A stretch of 43,917 nt of DNA from an uncultured Planctomycetia bacterium (GTDB lineage: Bacteria > Omnitrophota > Gorgyraeia > 1-14-0-20-64-10), in the NCBI GenBank assembly GCA_964343105.1, contig CAYFHV010000001.1, forward strand, positions 4,884-48,800. The letters run 5' to 3'. The notes under the pieces were generated by a model. It was not told the DNA's origin, searched no databases, and was given only the letters and a program-made list of their open reading frames with translations. A program made the position numbers and the translations under genes. Of this stretch, positions 36,712-43,917 are shown in pieces (the stretch's first letter is position 1; the number at the start of each line of letters is the position of its first letter).

Positions 36712-37631
36712 GGCGTGATCTCCGTTCCGATCCCCCGATCGGTGAAGATCTCCAGGAGAAGCGCGTGCGGGATCCCGGCGTCGATGATGTGGGTCTTCCG
36801 GACGCTCCCCTGGACGGCGTGGATGCAGGCCCTCGCCTTCGGAACCATCCCGCCGGAGATGGCGCTCTTCGCGATGAGATTCCGGATCTGCCGGATGTTC
36901 GCCGTCGACAGCAGGGAGCGGTGATCATGGACCCGGGCGAGGATGCCGGGCACGTCGGTCATCAGGACGAACTTCTCCGACTTCAGCCCCGCCGCCAGGG
37001 CTGCCGCGGCCTCATCGGCGTTCACGTTGTAGGCCTGGTGATCCCAGCTCACCCCGACGGGAATGACCACGGGGATCACCCCCAGGACCAGGAGCCGCTG
37101 GATCGGGCCGCCGTTGACCCCCACCACCTTTCCGACGAATCCGAGCTCCTCGCCGGCGATGAGATACGGCTCGGCCCGGATGAGCCCGCTCTCGCAGCCG
37201 ATCAGGCCCTGGGCGCGGCCGCCGAGGGCCCTCAATTCAGAGACGAGCATCCGATTGACGCGGCGGAGCGCCTGGATCACCGTCTTGAGCGTGCCCGCAT
37301 CGGTGACCCGGAGGCCCTGGACGAAGCGAGGGCTCTTCCCCTGCCGGGCCATCTGCCGCGAGATCTCCGGCCCGCCGCCGTGCACGAGGACCGGCCGGAT
37401 CCCCGCGGTGCTGAGGAAGACGATGTCCTGCAGGACCGCCCTTCGCTTCCGCTCATCGGACAGGATCGATCCCCCGTACTTGATCACGAAGCTCTTTCCG
37501 CGGAAGGCCTGCAGATAGGGCAGCGCCTCCAGGAGGACATCCGCCTTTCGCACGACGGAAACCGGAATCCGGCCCAGAGCCCTTGTCCTGATTGCTTTCC
37601 TAACTGGTGTACTTGGCATTGATCCGGACAT
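36708..37631 (-). CDS. argB: acetylglutamate kinase
   Basis: LLEALPYLQAFRGKSFVIKYGG, VLVHGGGP and NVNADEAAAALA. The start is uncertain (ATG 37631, ATG 37619 or GTG about 37553). The longest form overlaps argJ by 32 nt. Confidence 0.87.
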   Translation of the reverse strand: MSGSMPSTPVRKAIRTRALGRIPVSVVRKADVLLEALPYLQAFRGKSFVIKYGGSILSDERKRRAVLQDIVFLSTAGIRPVLVHGGGPEISRQMARQGKSPRFVQGLRVTDAGTLKTVIQALRRVNRMLVSELRALGGRAQGLIGCESGLIRAEPYLIAGEELGFVGKVVGVNGGPIQRLLVLGVIPVVIPVGVSWDHQAYNVNADEAAAALAAGLKSEKFVLMTDVPGILARVHDHRSLLSTANIRQIRNLIAKSAISGGMVPKARACIHAVQGSVRKTHIIDAGIPHALLLEIFTDRGIGTEITP

Positions 37632-38805
37632 ACTCCTCCGTGAGGTCCGCGCTCAGCACCGTCGCCTCACCGGGCCCTCGGCCAACCTGGATCCCGAACT
37701 GGACCTCAGGGTGGTCGACCTGTTCCAGGAGCTGCCGCCGGGAGACCCGGACCGGCTCGCCCCGGTGGAAGACGGTTCGCCGGCCGAGGCGGATCGTGAG
37801 CCGACCCGGCTGGATGGGAACCCCTGCGGCGCCCGCGGCCGCGGCGATCCGGCCCCAGTTGGGATCCCGCCCCGCCACCATGGTTCTCACCAAGGGGGAA
37901 TCGGCGACGCCCCGTGCGAGGCGCTGAGCGGCCGAGTCGCTCTCTGCTCCCCAAACCCGGACGGTGAAGAGGCGTGTCACCCCCTCGCCGTCCCGGACCA
38001 GCTCGTGGGCCAGCGTCCGGCAGACCGCCCCCAGCGCATCCTGGAAGCGCTGATGGCCGGGGCTGCCGCGTCGGATCGCCGGCGCGGGAGAGGCCCCGTT
38101 GGCCAGCGCGAGCACCATGTCGTTGGTCGAGGGATCCCCGTCGATCGTGATCCGATTGAAGGTGCGCGCGACCCAGAGCTTCAGGATCTGCGCGAGAAGC
38201 CCTCTCTCGATCCGGGCATCGGTGGTGAGAAACGCCAGCATCGTGGCCAGATGGGGTGCAACCATCCCTGCCCCCTTGGCGATGCCTGCCACGGTCACCG
38301 GCTCCCCGCCCCACCGGAAGCGGATGGCGATCTCCTTCGGGCGCGTGTCGGTCGTCATGATTCCCTCCGCTGCCAGGGTGGATCCGGTCCGGCTGAGGGA
38401 GTGCGACGCCCTGCGGATGCCGGAGGCGACGCGCTGCATCGGAAGGAATCGCCCGATGACGCCGGTCGAGGCGACGAAGACCTGAGACGCCGGAATCCCC
38501 AGATGCCGTCCCGCCTGCCGGGCCATCTCCGCGCAGTCCTCTCTCCCGCGCCGCCCGGTGCAGCAGTTGGCGCTTCCGCTGTTGGCCACGATGGCACGTG
38601 CGACCCCCTGTCGGATCAGCCTGGCCGCCCTGTCGACGCAGGGGGCCCGGAGCGGATGGGTGGTGAGCAGGCCGGCGGCCACAGCCGGCCGCTGGGAGAA
38701 GATGAGACTCAGATCCCGGCCTCTCTTCTTGATCCCACAGGCGACACCCGCTGCGAGGAACCCCGTGGGGGCGGTGACCCCGCCCCGGACCGCTTCCATT
38801 TCCAT
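37600..38805 (-). CDS. argJ: bifunctional ornithine acetyltransferase / N-acetylglutamate synthase
   Basis: KGAGMVAPHLATMLAFLTTDA (autoproteolytic ATML site) with overall ArgJ length. Confidence 0.9.
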   Translation of the reverse strand: MEMEAVRGGVTAPTGFLAAGVACGIKKRGRDLSLIFSQRPAVAAGLLTTHPLRAPCVDRAARLIRQGVARAIVANSGSANCCTGRRGREDCAEMARQAGRHLGIPASQVFVASTGVIGRFLPMQRVASGIRRASHSLSRTGSTLAAEGIMTTDTRPKEIAIRFRWGGEPVTVAGIAKGAGMVAPHLATMLAFLTTDARIERGLLAQILKLWVARTFNRITIDGDPSTNDMVLALANGASPAPAIRRGSPGHQRFQDALGAVCRTLAHELVRDGEGVTRLFTVRVWGAESDSAAQRLARGVADSPLVRTMVAGRDPNWGRIAAAAGAAGVPIQPGRLTIRLGRRTVFHRGEPVRVSRRQLLEQVDHPEVQFGIQVGRGPGEATVLSADLTEEYVRINAKYTS

Positions 38806-38807
38806 GG

Positions 38808-39860
38808 CTAGCGGCCGGCGCCTCCGGCCATGAGGCCGGCGCCTTCCGGCAGGCCGCAGCAGAGATTCATGTTCTGGACCGCCTGCCCTGCGGCGCCCTT
38901 GCCGAGGTTATCGATGGCGGCCAGGAGGATCACCTGCCGGTTCTTTCTGTCCAGCCGGATCCCGATCTCGCAGTCGTTGGTCCCGGCAACCGCCTTGGTC
39001 TGCGGGAACCTGCCCTCCGGGAGAATCCGGATGAACGGCTCCTGCCCGTACCGGCGCTGGTAGAGGCGCCGGATCTGGCTCTCCGTGTGGGGGCGCCTCA
39101 GCCGGGCATAGACCGTCGCGTACAGCCCCCGATTCATCGGGATCAGATGCGGAACGAAGGTCACCCGGCTCGCCCGGCCGGCCCATCGGGCGATCTGCTG
39201 CTCCATCTCCGGAATGTGGGGATGGGCGTTGACCTTGTAGGCGCGCAGGTCCTCGTTCACCTCCGGGAAGAGGAGATCCTGCCGGAGCGAGCGGCCGGCG
39301 CCGGTGACCCCGGACTTTGCATCCACCACAATCCCCTGAGGATCAATCCATCCTGCCTCGGCGAGCGGCCCCAGGGCGAGCAGGGCGGCAGTAGGATAGC
39401 AGCCGGGATTTGCGATCAGCCGGCTCTCGCGGATGGGATCCCGGTTCCATTCGGTGAGGCCATAAGCGGCCTGTCCGAGCCATCGCGGGCTTCGATGCGA
39501 CAGGCCGTACGCCTGAGAGAAGAGCCGCGGAGATCGGAGCCGGAAGTCACCGCTCAAGTCCACGATCCGAAGCTCGTCGTTCCTGCGCAGGAGCCGGTCG
39601 GCAAGCCCCATCGCCACTCCGTTCGGCAGCGAGAGGAATAGGACCTGGCACCGGGCGGCCTCCTGGAGCCGGAAAGGGGCGACCCGGCGGGAGCGGTATT
39701 CAGGCGGGCAGCCAGGAGCCAGCTCTCCGAGCGGGATCGCTCTCTTCAGGCGCAGACTGGCCAGGAGGCCCACCGAGGCGTTGGGATGGCCGCGAAGGAT
39801 CCTCAGCAGCTCCTGCCCCGAATAACCTGTGACTCCGACGATTCCAATCGTGATCTTCAT
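38808..39860 (-). CDS. argC: N-acetyl-gamma-glutamyl-phosphate reductase
   Basis: MKITIGIVGVTGYSGQELLRIL and ANPGCYPTA (catalytic Cys). The ATG at 39860 is used. The 33-codon ORF-track extension lies in the repeat element. Confidence 0.9.
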   Translation of the reverse strand: MKITIGIVGVTGYSGQELLRILRGHPNASVGLLASLRLKRAIPLGELAPGCPPEYRSRRVAPFRLQEAARCQVLFLSLPNGVAMGLADRLLRRNDELRIVDLSGDFRLRSPRLFSQAYGLSHRSPRWLGQAAYGLTEWNRDPIRESRLIANPGCYPTAALLALGPLAEAGWIDPQGIVVDAKSGVTGAGRSLRQDLLFPEVNEDLRAYKVNAHPHIPEMEQQIARWAGRASRVTFVPHLIPMNRGLYATVYARLRRPHTESQIRRLYQRRYGQEPFIRILPEGRFPQTKAVAGTNDCEIGIRLDRKNRQVILLAAIDNLGKGAAGQAVQNMNLCCGLPEGAGLMAGGAGR

Positions 39861-40038
39861 CGCTCCGGCTAACGCCTCCGCTCTCGGGGCGGAACCGAGG
39901 GTTCCATCCCCGACGATCCTCCTCCGAGGAAGGCGAGGGGCGGAGGGGAGCAGTCCCACCTCCCACCCGCACGCCCTCGCGCACCCCTGAAGGCTGGGAA
40001 TCTGAACACTTGACGTCGCGACTTCGCCTTCATGACGT
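39857..40038 (-). repeat. bipartite intergenic repeat, copy 2 (module A 39857-39912; module B about 39927-40038)
   Basis: See copy 1 for the shared blocks. This copy fills the whole space between the rpsI terminator and the argC ATG. Confidence 0.85.
39869..40033 (-). CDS. candidate conserved small ORF (54 aa, Arg-rich), copy 2 / possible leader peptide
   Basis: Hand-translated: MKAKSRRQVFRFPAFRGARGRAGGRWDCSPPPLAFLGGGSSGMEPSVPPRERRR-TAG. GAGGA lies 4 nt before its ATG, and the TAG lies 8 nt before the argC ATG. It is below the ORF-track length cut-off. Coding status is unproven. Confidence 0.35.
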   Translation of the reverse strand: MKAKSRRQVFRFPAFRGARGRAGGRWDCSPPPLAFLGGGSSGMEPSVPPRERRR

Positions 40039-40041
40039 CCT

Positions 40042-40112
40042 CAAAAAGAAATCGACCTATCCCCTGTCTCTTCGCAAGGAGGCGCCGCCCGGCACCTCAC
40101 AGGGATAGGTCG
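40042..40112 (-). terminator. rho-independent terminator of rplM-rpsI
   Basis: A 14-bp stem with one bulge pairs 40053-40067 with 40099-40112. Its interior holds an 8-bp helix that needs a G-U pair valid only in minus-sense RNA. The stem is followed on the minus strand by AUUUCUUUUUG. Confidence 0.72.
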
Positions 40113-40123
40113 TTAGCCCAAGC

Positions 40124-40501
40124 TTAACGCTTGGTCCACTGGAACCGCTTCCGGGCTCCCTTTTGACCGTATTTTTTTCGTTCCTTGGCCCGCGGATCCC
40201 GCGTGAGAAGCCCGCCCTTCCGGAGCATCGGCCGGAAGGCCTGATCCGCTTGAGAAAGCGCCCGGGCGAGGCCGTGCCGAAGTGCGCCGGCCTGACCGGA
40301 CAGGCCGCCCCCCGCCACGCGCGCGAGGCAGTCGAATTTCTGCAGGGTCTGGGTGGCGTTGAACGGTTCCCGCACCAGGGTCTGAAGGGCCAGTCGCGGG
40401 AAGTACTCCTCCATCCGACGGCCGTTGACCAGGATCTGGCCGTTGCCCGGCTTGAGGGTCACCTTGGCCACCGCTTCCTTTCTTCTGCCTGCGAAGGTCA
40501 T
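40124..40501 (-). CDS. rpsI: 30S ribosomal protein S9
   Basis: [23 protein letters not shown] ... [19 protein letters not shown] ... [18 protein letters not shown]. The ATG overlaps the rplM stop (ATGA). Confidence 0.94.
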   Translation of the reverse strand: MTFAGRRKEAVAKVTLKPGNGQILVNGRRMEEYFPRLALQTLVREPFNATQTLQKFDCLARVAGGGLSGQAGALRHGLARALSQADQAFRPMLRKGGLLTRDPRAKERKKYGQKGARKRFQWTKR

Positions 40502-40956
40502 CCGGCCTCCTGCGCCGAGGCGCGTGGTGGCGCCTCCTCTAGCGCCAGCCGCTGTGCCGCCAGCTGTGCTGCGTGGGGATGCGTGCTGCCCGGGTACACC
40601 CGGAGCCGCTTTGCTGTCCGCCGCCCGAGGGAATTCTTCGGCAGCATTCCGACCACCGCCCGCCGCAGGACCTCGGTGGGCCTGCGTTGCAGGAGCCTCC
40701 CCAAGGGCTCCTTCTTCAGCCCGCCGGGATAGCCGGAATAGCGCTGATAGATCTTCGTCTCCAGCTTGTCGCCGGTGACGCGGATCTTCGCGGCGTTGAT
40801 CACGATGACGCCGTCGCCGCAATCCACGTGCGGGGTGAAGATCGGCTTATGCTTTCCCCGCAGCAGGTGCGCCACCCGCACCGCAAGCCGTCCGAGGATC
40901 TGGCCTTCGGCATCGATGAGATGCCACCGCCTGGGCACCTGATCGTGCGTCGCCAT
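40498..40956 (-). CDS. rplM: 50S ribosomal protein L13
   Basis: [46 protein letters not shown]. Start at the ATG at 40956. A roughly 10-aa Ala/Gln-rich C-terminal extension is present. Confidence 0.93.
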   Translation of the reverse strand: MATHDQVPRRWHLIDAEGQILGRLAVRVAHLLRGKHKPIFTPHVDCGDGVIVINAAKIRVTGDKLETKIYQRYSGYPGGLKKEPLGRLLQRRPTEVLRRAVVGMLPKNSLGRRTAKRLRVYPGSTHPHAAQLAAQRLALEEAPPRASAQEAG

Positions 40957-40999
40957 CACCGTTCTAGGTCTCAATGCAGCTGTCGGCATAGAAACACAT

Positions 41000-41028
41000 A
41001 TTTTAACAGCGCTCGCGCCGCTCTGCAA
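41000..41028 (-). promoter_or_regulatory. sigma70-type promoter for rplM-rpsI (TTGCAG-N17-TAAAAT)
   Basis: On the minus strand, TTGCAG is at 41028-41023 and TAAAAT at 41005-41000, with 17 nt between them. It lies about 45 nt upstream of the rplM ATG in the only AT-rich patch of this spacer. Confidence 0.5.
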
Positions 41029-41042
41029 GCTTCAGCCGCAGC

Positions 41043-41138
41043 TCAGCGGCGCAGGAGGATCCGGGCGAAGCAGTACAGGGTGACGGCGAGGATGCCGCCC
41101 CAGGAGAGGGCCAGGAAGAGCCAGCCGTCCCAGCGCAT
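41043..41138 (-). CDS. 31-aa single-TM peptide translationally coupled to the NSS transporter (MetS-like small subunit?)
   Basis: MRWDGWLFLALSWGGILAVTLYCFARILLRR. Its ATG shares one nt with the transporter TGA (TGATG), and it has a hydrophobic core with a basic C-terminus. Too short for homology judgement. Confidence 0.4.
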   Translation of the reverse strand: MRWDGWLFLALSWGGILAVTLYCFARILLRR

Positions 41139-42697
41139 CAGCGCTTGCCTCCGCCTGCGCGGGCCGGGCGCTGGCTCCAGGCCACCCGGACGAGCAGGAC
41201 GAGGAGCCCGAAGAGGATGAGCAGCCCCAGCCGTGTGGCGATAACGTACGGCCGGTTGTCGGGCGGGACGTTGCGCAGGAGGATGACCGGCAGGCCGTCC
41301 TGGAGGAACCAGGTTCCGAGGATGATGAGGAGGAAGGAGGGGGTGACCCACTTGATCACGAACTTGTAGACAGCCGGGACCCGCATGTCGGCGCCATGAT
41401 GGATCTCCTCCCAGGCCCGCTCAATCCCGAAGACCCAGGCGAAGAGGATCACCTCCACCGTTCCGAAGAGGACCAGGCAGAAGGTTCCTCCCCAGAAATC
41501 GAGCTCGTCCACCACCCCCTTCCCCAGGAAGAAGATCGCCGGCTGAGAGAGCGCCAGGGTGATCAGGCCCACCAGCACGGCCGCCTGCCTGCGGCCCATC
41601 CGAAACTCATCCTCCATGAAGGCGATGGCCGGCTGGAGCAGGGAGATGGAGGAGGTGAGCCCCGCCAGGAAGAGGAGGGCGAACCAGAGGAAGGCGAAGA
41701 GCTGGCCGGCATCCATCTGCTGAAAGATGAGCGGCATGGTGACGAAGCCGAGGTTGAACGCCCCGCTGCGGGCGACACCGAGAATCTCCTGCGGTCCGAA
41801 GAAGGCGAAGGCGACGGGGATCACGATCGATCCCCCCAGGATCACCTCGGCCAACTCGTTGGTCGCCACAGAGGTCAGGCCGGAGAGGACCACGTCCTGC
41901 TTTCGGGAGAGGTAGCTGGCGTACGTGAGGATGACGCCGATCCCGACGGACAGGGTGAAGAGAACCTGCCCGGCCGCGGCGAGCCAGACCTTGGCGCTGC
42001 GCAGGGCGCTCAAGTCCGGGTTCCAGAGAAAGCCGAGCCCGGCGATCGGATTCCAGTCCGGCCTGGCCGGGTCCGGCGGACCCAGGGTGAGCACCCGCAC
42101 CGTGATCACCAGGGCGAACAGGAGAAGAAGGGGCAGCGCCCAGCGGTTGAGCCATTCGATCCCCTTGACGATGCCGCGGGAGACAACCCACATGTTGATG
42201 AGGAAGGTGATGAGGAAGAAGAAGTAGGCCCAGCCCACCGATTGAAAGTAGGCGTTCTGCTCCAATCCCTGGTACCCGCGCAGGAAGGCCTGCATCCCGG
42301 CCTGATCGGTCCCGCGGGTCGCCCCGGTGAGGGCAAACCAGGCGTAGCCGAGGAGCCAGGATTCAATGTAGGTGTAGTAGATGAAGATCACGAGCGGCCC
42401 GAAGATCCCGATGACGCCGAAGTACTTGATGAAGCGGTTCTTCTCCCAGAGGGAGTGAAAGATGCCCGGGGCCGTTCCGTGGCCGAAGAGCCCGCCGTAA
42501 CGGCCCACCGTCCACTCGATCCACATGAGGGGGATCCCGAGGAGGAGCAGGGAGATGAAATAGGGGATCATGAAGGCCCCGCCGCCGTTGGAGGCCGCCT
42601 GGACCGGGAATCGGAGGAAGTTGCCCAGCCCGACCGCCGATCCGGCGACGGCCAGGATGACGCCGAGGCGCGATCCCCACGACTGCCTAGTAGTCAC
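41138..42697 (-). CDS. sodium-dependent transporter, neurotransmitter:sodium symporter (NSS/SNF) family
   Basis: WGSRLGVILAVAGSAVGLGNFLRFP...NGGGAFMIPY...GIPLMWIEWTVGR plus about 11-12 hydrophobic segments. The GTG at 42697 overlaps the truA TGA (GTGA), with GAGGGGG upstream. Confidence 0.88.
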   Translation of the reverse strand: MTTRQSWGSRLGVILAVAGSAVGLGNFLRFPVQAASNGGGAFMIPYFISLLLLGIPLMWIEWTVGRYGGLFGHGTAPGIFHSLWEKNRFIKYFGVIGIFGPLVIFIYYTYIESWLLGYAWFALTGATRGTDQAGMQAFLRGYQGLEQNAYFQSVGWAYFFFLITFLINMWVVSRGIVKGIEWLNRWALPLLLLFALVITVRVLTLGPPDPARPDWNPIAGLGFLWNPDLSALRSAKVWLAAAGQVLFTLSVGIGVILTYASYLSRKQDVVLSGLTSVATNELAEVILGGSIVIPVAFAFFGPQEILGVARSGAFNLGFVTMPLIFQQMDAGQLFAFLWFALLFLAGLTSSISLLQPAIAFMEDEFRMGRRQAAVLVGLITLALSQPAIFFLGKGVVDELDFWGGTFCLVLFGTVEVILFAWVFGIERAWEEIHHGADMRVPAVYKFVIKWVTPSFLLIILGTWFLQDGLPVILLRNVPPDNRPYVIATRLGLLILFGLLVLLVRVAWSQRPARAGGGKR

Positions 42698-43473
42698 CGC
42701 CCCCTCTTTCGGTTCGGGCCGCCGTAGCGGACCCTCATGAGGCAGAGCCCTCTTGCGGGGGCCGTGGGGGCGGTCGTGCAAAACGCATCCGCCGGCCGCG
42801 CCGATCCCCTCCCCACCTCCAGCAGGAAGCCGACGATCCGCCGGACCATGTGATAGAGGAAGCCATCCGCCTCGGCGTGGATCTCGATCCGTTTGCCCCG
42901 GCGCAGGATGCTCAGCCGCCGCAGGGTCCGGACCGTCGAGGCGACCGGCCTTCCGGTGGAATGGAAGGAGCGGAAGTCGTGGCGGCCGCGCAGGCGCCGG
43001 GCGGCCTGCCGCATCGCCCTCAGATCCAGCGGCGCTAGGACATGGAGGAGCCGTTCCCGGTCAAAGATCGGCCGGGTCGGGTCGTTCCAGATCGAATAGC
43101 GGTACCACTTGGCGGCGGCGGAGTATCGAGCATGGAAATCGAGGGGCGCCCTCTGCACGGAGCGGATCGCCAGGTCGTCGGGCAGGACCGCGTTGAGGGC
43201 GCGTCGCAGTTTGGAGAGGGAGATGGGGGACCAGATCGCTGCGTGGGCCACCTGCCCTTCCGCGTGCACCCCGCTATCGGTCCGCCCAGCCCCGATCACC
43301 CGCACCTTCTCCTGGAGAATCTGCCGGAACGCCTGCTCCAGCGTGGACTGTACGGTGCGGGCGCCGTTCTGCATCTGCCAGCCGGAGAAGCGGGTTCCGT
43401 CGTAGGCAATCGTGAAACGCAGGTTCCTGGAAGGGGAGGAGCCTTTGGGAGCCAGAGGGGCCACCACCCTCAA
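42694..43473 (-). CDS. truA: tRNA pseudouridine(38-40) synthase TruA
   Basis: FTIAYDGTRFSGWQMQ and GAGRTDSGVHAEGQVAH (catalytic Asp motif). The start is uncertain: TTG 43473 overlapping the asd stop, or GTG 43467 or 43464. Confidence 0.87.
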   Translation of the reverse strand: MRVVAPLAPKGSSPSRNLRFTIAYDGTRFSGWQMQNGARTVQSTLEQAFRQILQEKVRVIGAGRTDSGVHAEGQVAHAAIWSPISLSKLRRALNAVLPDDLAIRSVQRAPLDFHARYSAAAKWYRYSIWNDPTRPIFDRERLLHVLAPLDLRAMRQAARRLRGRHDFRSFHSTGRPVASTVRTLRRLSILRRGKRIEIHAEADGFLYHMVRRIVGFLLEVGRGSARPADAFCTTAPTAPARGLCLMRVRYGGPNRKRGR

Positions 43474-43917
43474 GCGGCTCTCCGGAGCAACAGCTCCGCG
43501 ATCTGGACGGCGTTGAGCGCTGCTCCCTTTCGAAGATTGTCCGAGACGACCCAGCAGGAGAAACCGTTGGGGATGGAGGGATCGGGCCTCAGGCGGCCGA
43601 TGAAGACCTCATCCCGATGAGCGGCCTGAACCGGCATGGGGTAGTCCGGCTCCTCCACAAAGGCGATCCCGGGACTGGAGCGCCAGATTTCCTTGAGCTG
43701 TTCCGCCTTCGCCGGGCGCTCGGTCTCGAAGTAGATCGATTCAGAGTGGGCGTCCTGGACCGGCACGCGGACCGCGGTGGCGGTGATGGCGATCCGGTCA
43801 TCGTGCAGGATCTTCTGGGTCTCCTTGACCATCTTCCATTCCTCGCTGGTGTAGCCCAGCTCCTGAAACGGGCCGATCTGCGGGATCACGTTGCCGGCGA
43901 TCCGCTGGGGGAGCGCC
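43470..43917 (-). CDS. asd: aspartate-semialdehyde dehydrogenase, C-terminal part (gene continues past the window end)
   Basis: AVRVPVQDAHSESIYFETERP ... FIGRLR.D ... VVSDNLRKGAALNAVQIAELL is a typical Asd C-terminus. The ORF is open to position 43917. Confidence 0.85.
   Translation of the reverse strand, partial: ALPQRIAGNVIPQIGPFQELGYTSEEWKMVKETQKILHDDRIAITATAVRVPVQDAHSESIYFETERPAKAEQLKEIWRSSPGIAFVEEPDYPMPVQAAHRDEVFIGRLRPDPSIPNGFSCWVVSDNLRKGAALNAVQIAELLLRRAA

Noticed and set aside
39985-40015. ArgR operator (ARG box) in the argC leader
   Set aside because: No TGAAT-N4-ATTCA-like palindrome is present. The GGGAATCTGAACAC segment is not symmetric.
41396-42727. 443-aa plus-strand ORF antisense to the NSS transporter, with several minus-strand alternative frames
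   Set aside because: The charged low-complexity translation (runs of E, G, D, R, P) lies opposite a transporter with canonical NSS motifs and coherent hydrophobic segments.

Overview
High-GC (about 65-70%) bacterial chromosomal window. It is densely coded, and all but two genes lie on the minus strand, most with 1-4 nt stop/start overlaps (ATGA, GTGA, TGATG). From left to right the window holds six blocks.

- **Left end:** queG and a CHASE2 / degenerate-GGDEF / HD-GYP sensor, then an orphan prepilin-like gene (+). Next come a UvrD-family helicase preceded by a PilZ protein with a roughly 65-aa poly-Arg tail, and a YkgJ(CxxCxxCC)-DUF2156 fusion gene (+). That fusion gene converges on tRNA-Ala(CGC).
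- **Type IV pilus / T2SS-like cluster (9.0-18.7 kb):** HTH, fused PilM-PilN, PilO-like, PilP/GspC-like, secretin, PilB, PilC, two pilins and PilT.
- **Small genes and repair:** cutA, a small wHTH gene, exbBD, uvrA and a small tandem-repeat basic protein.
- **Biosynthetic operon:** 17 genes over about 16 kb, in the order argC-J-B-D-F-G-H, lysA, dapF-A-B-L, folK, an unknown gene, panC, panD, nadX.
- **Right end:** rplM-rpsI, an NSS transporter with a 31-aa partner ORF, truA and a partial asd.
- **Absent:** I saw no CRISPR array, IS element, integrase or recognisable defence system.

The most unusual signal is a bipartite repeat present twice, upstream of exbB and upstream of argC. It reaches to, and includes, each gene's ATG. 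On the coding strand it holds a frame-preserved Arg-rich small ORF of 69 and 54 aa. This could be a leader-peptide or cis-regulatory module, or a REP/MITE-like element.

Secondary points:
- A c-di-GMP theme: the HD-GYP sensor, the PilZ protein with a basic tail, and MshEN-type motifs in PilB.
- A low-GC Cys-rich membrane protein spliced between folK and panC.
- A 92-nt perfect-stem element next to tRNA-Ala.

All functional calls come from reading motifs in the supplied translations. No database search was run.
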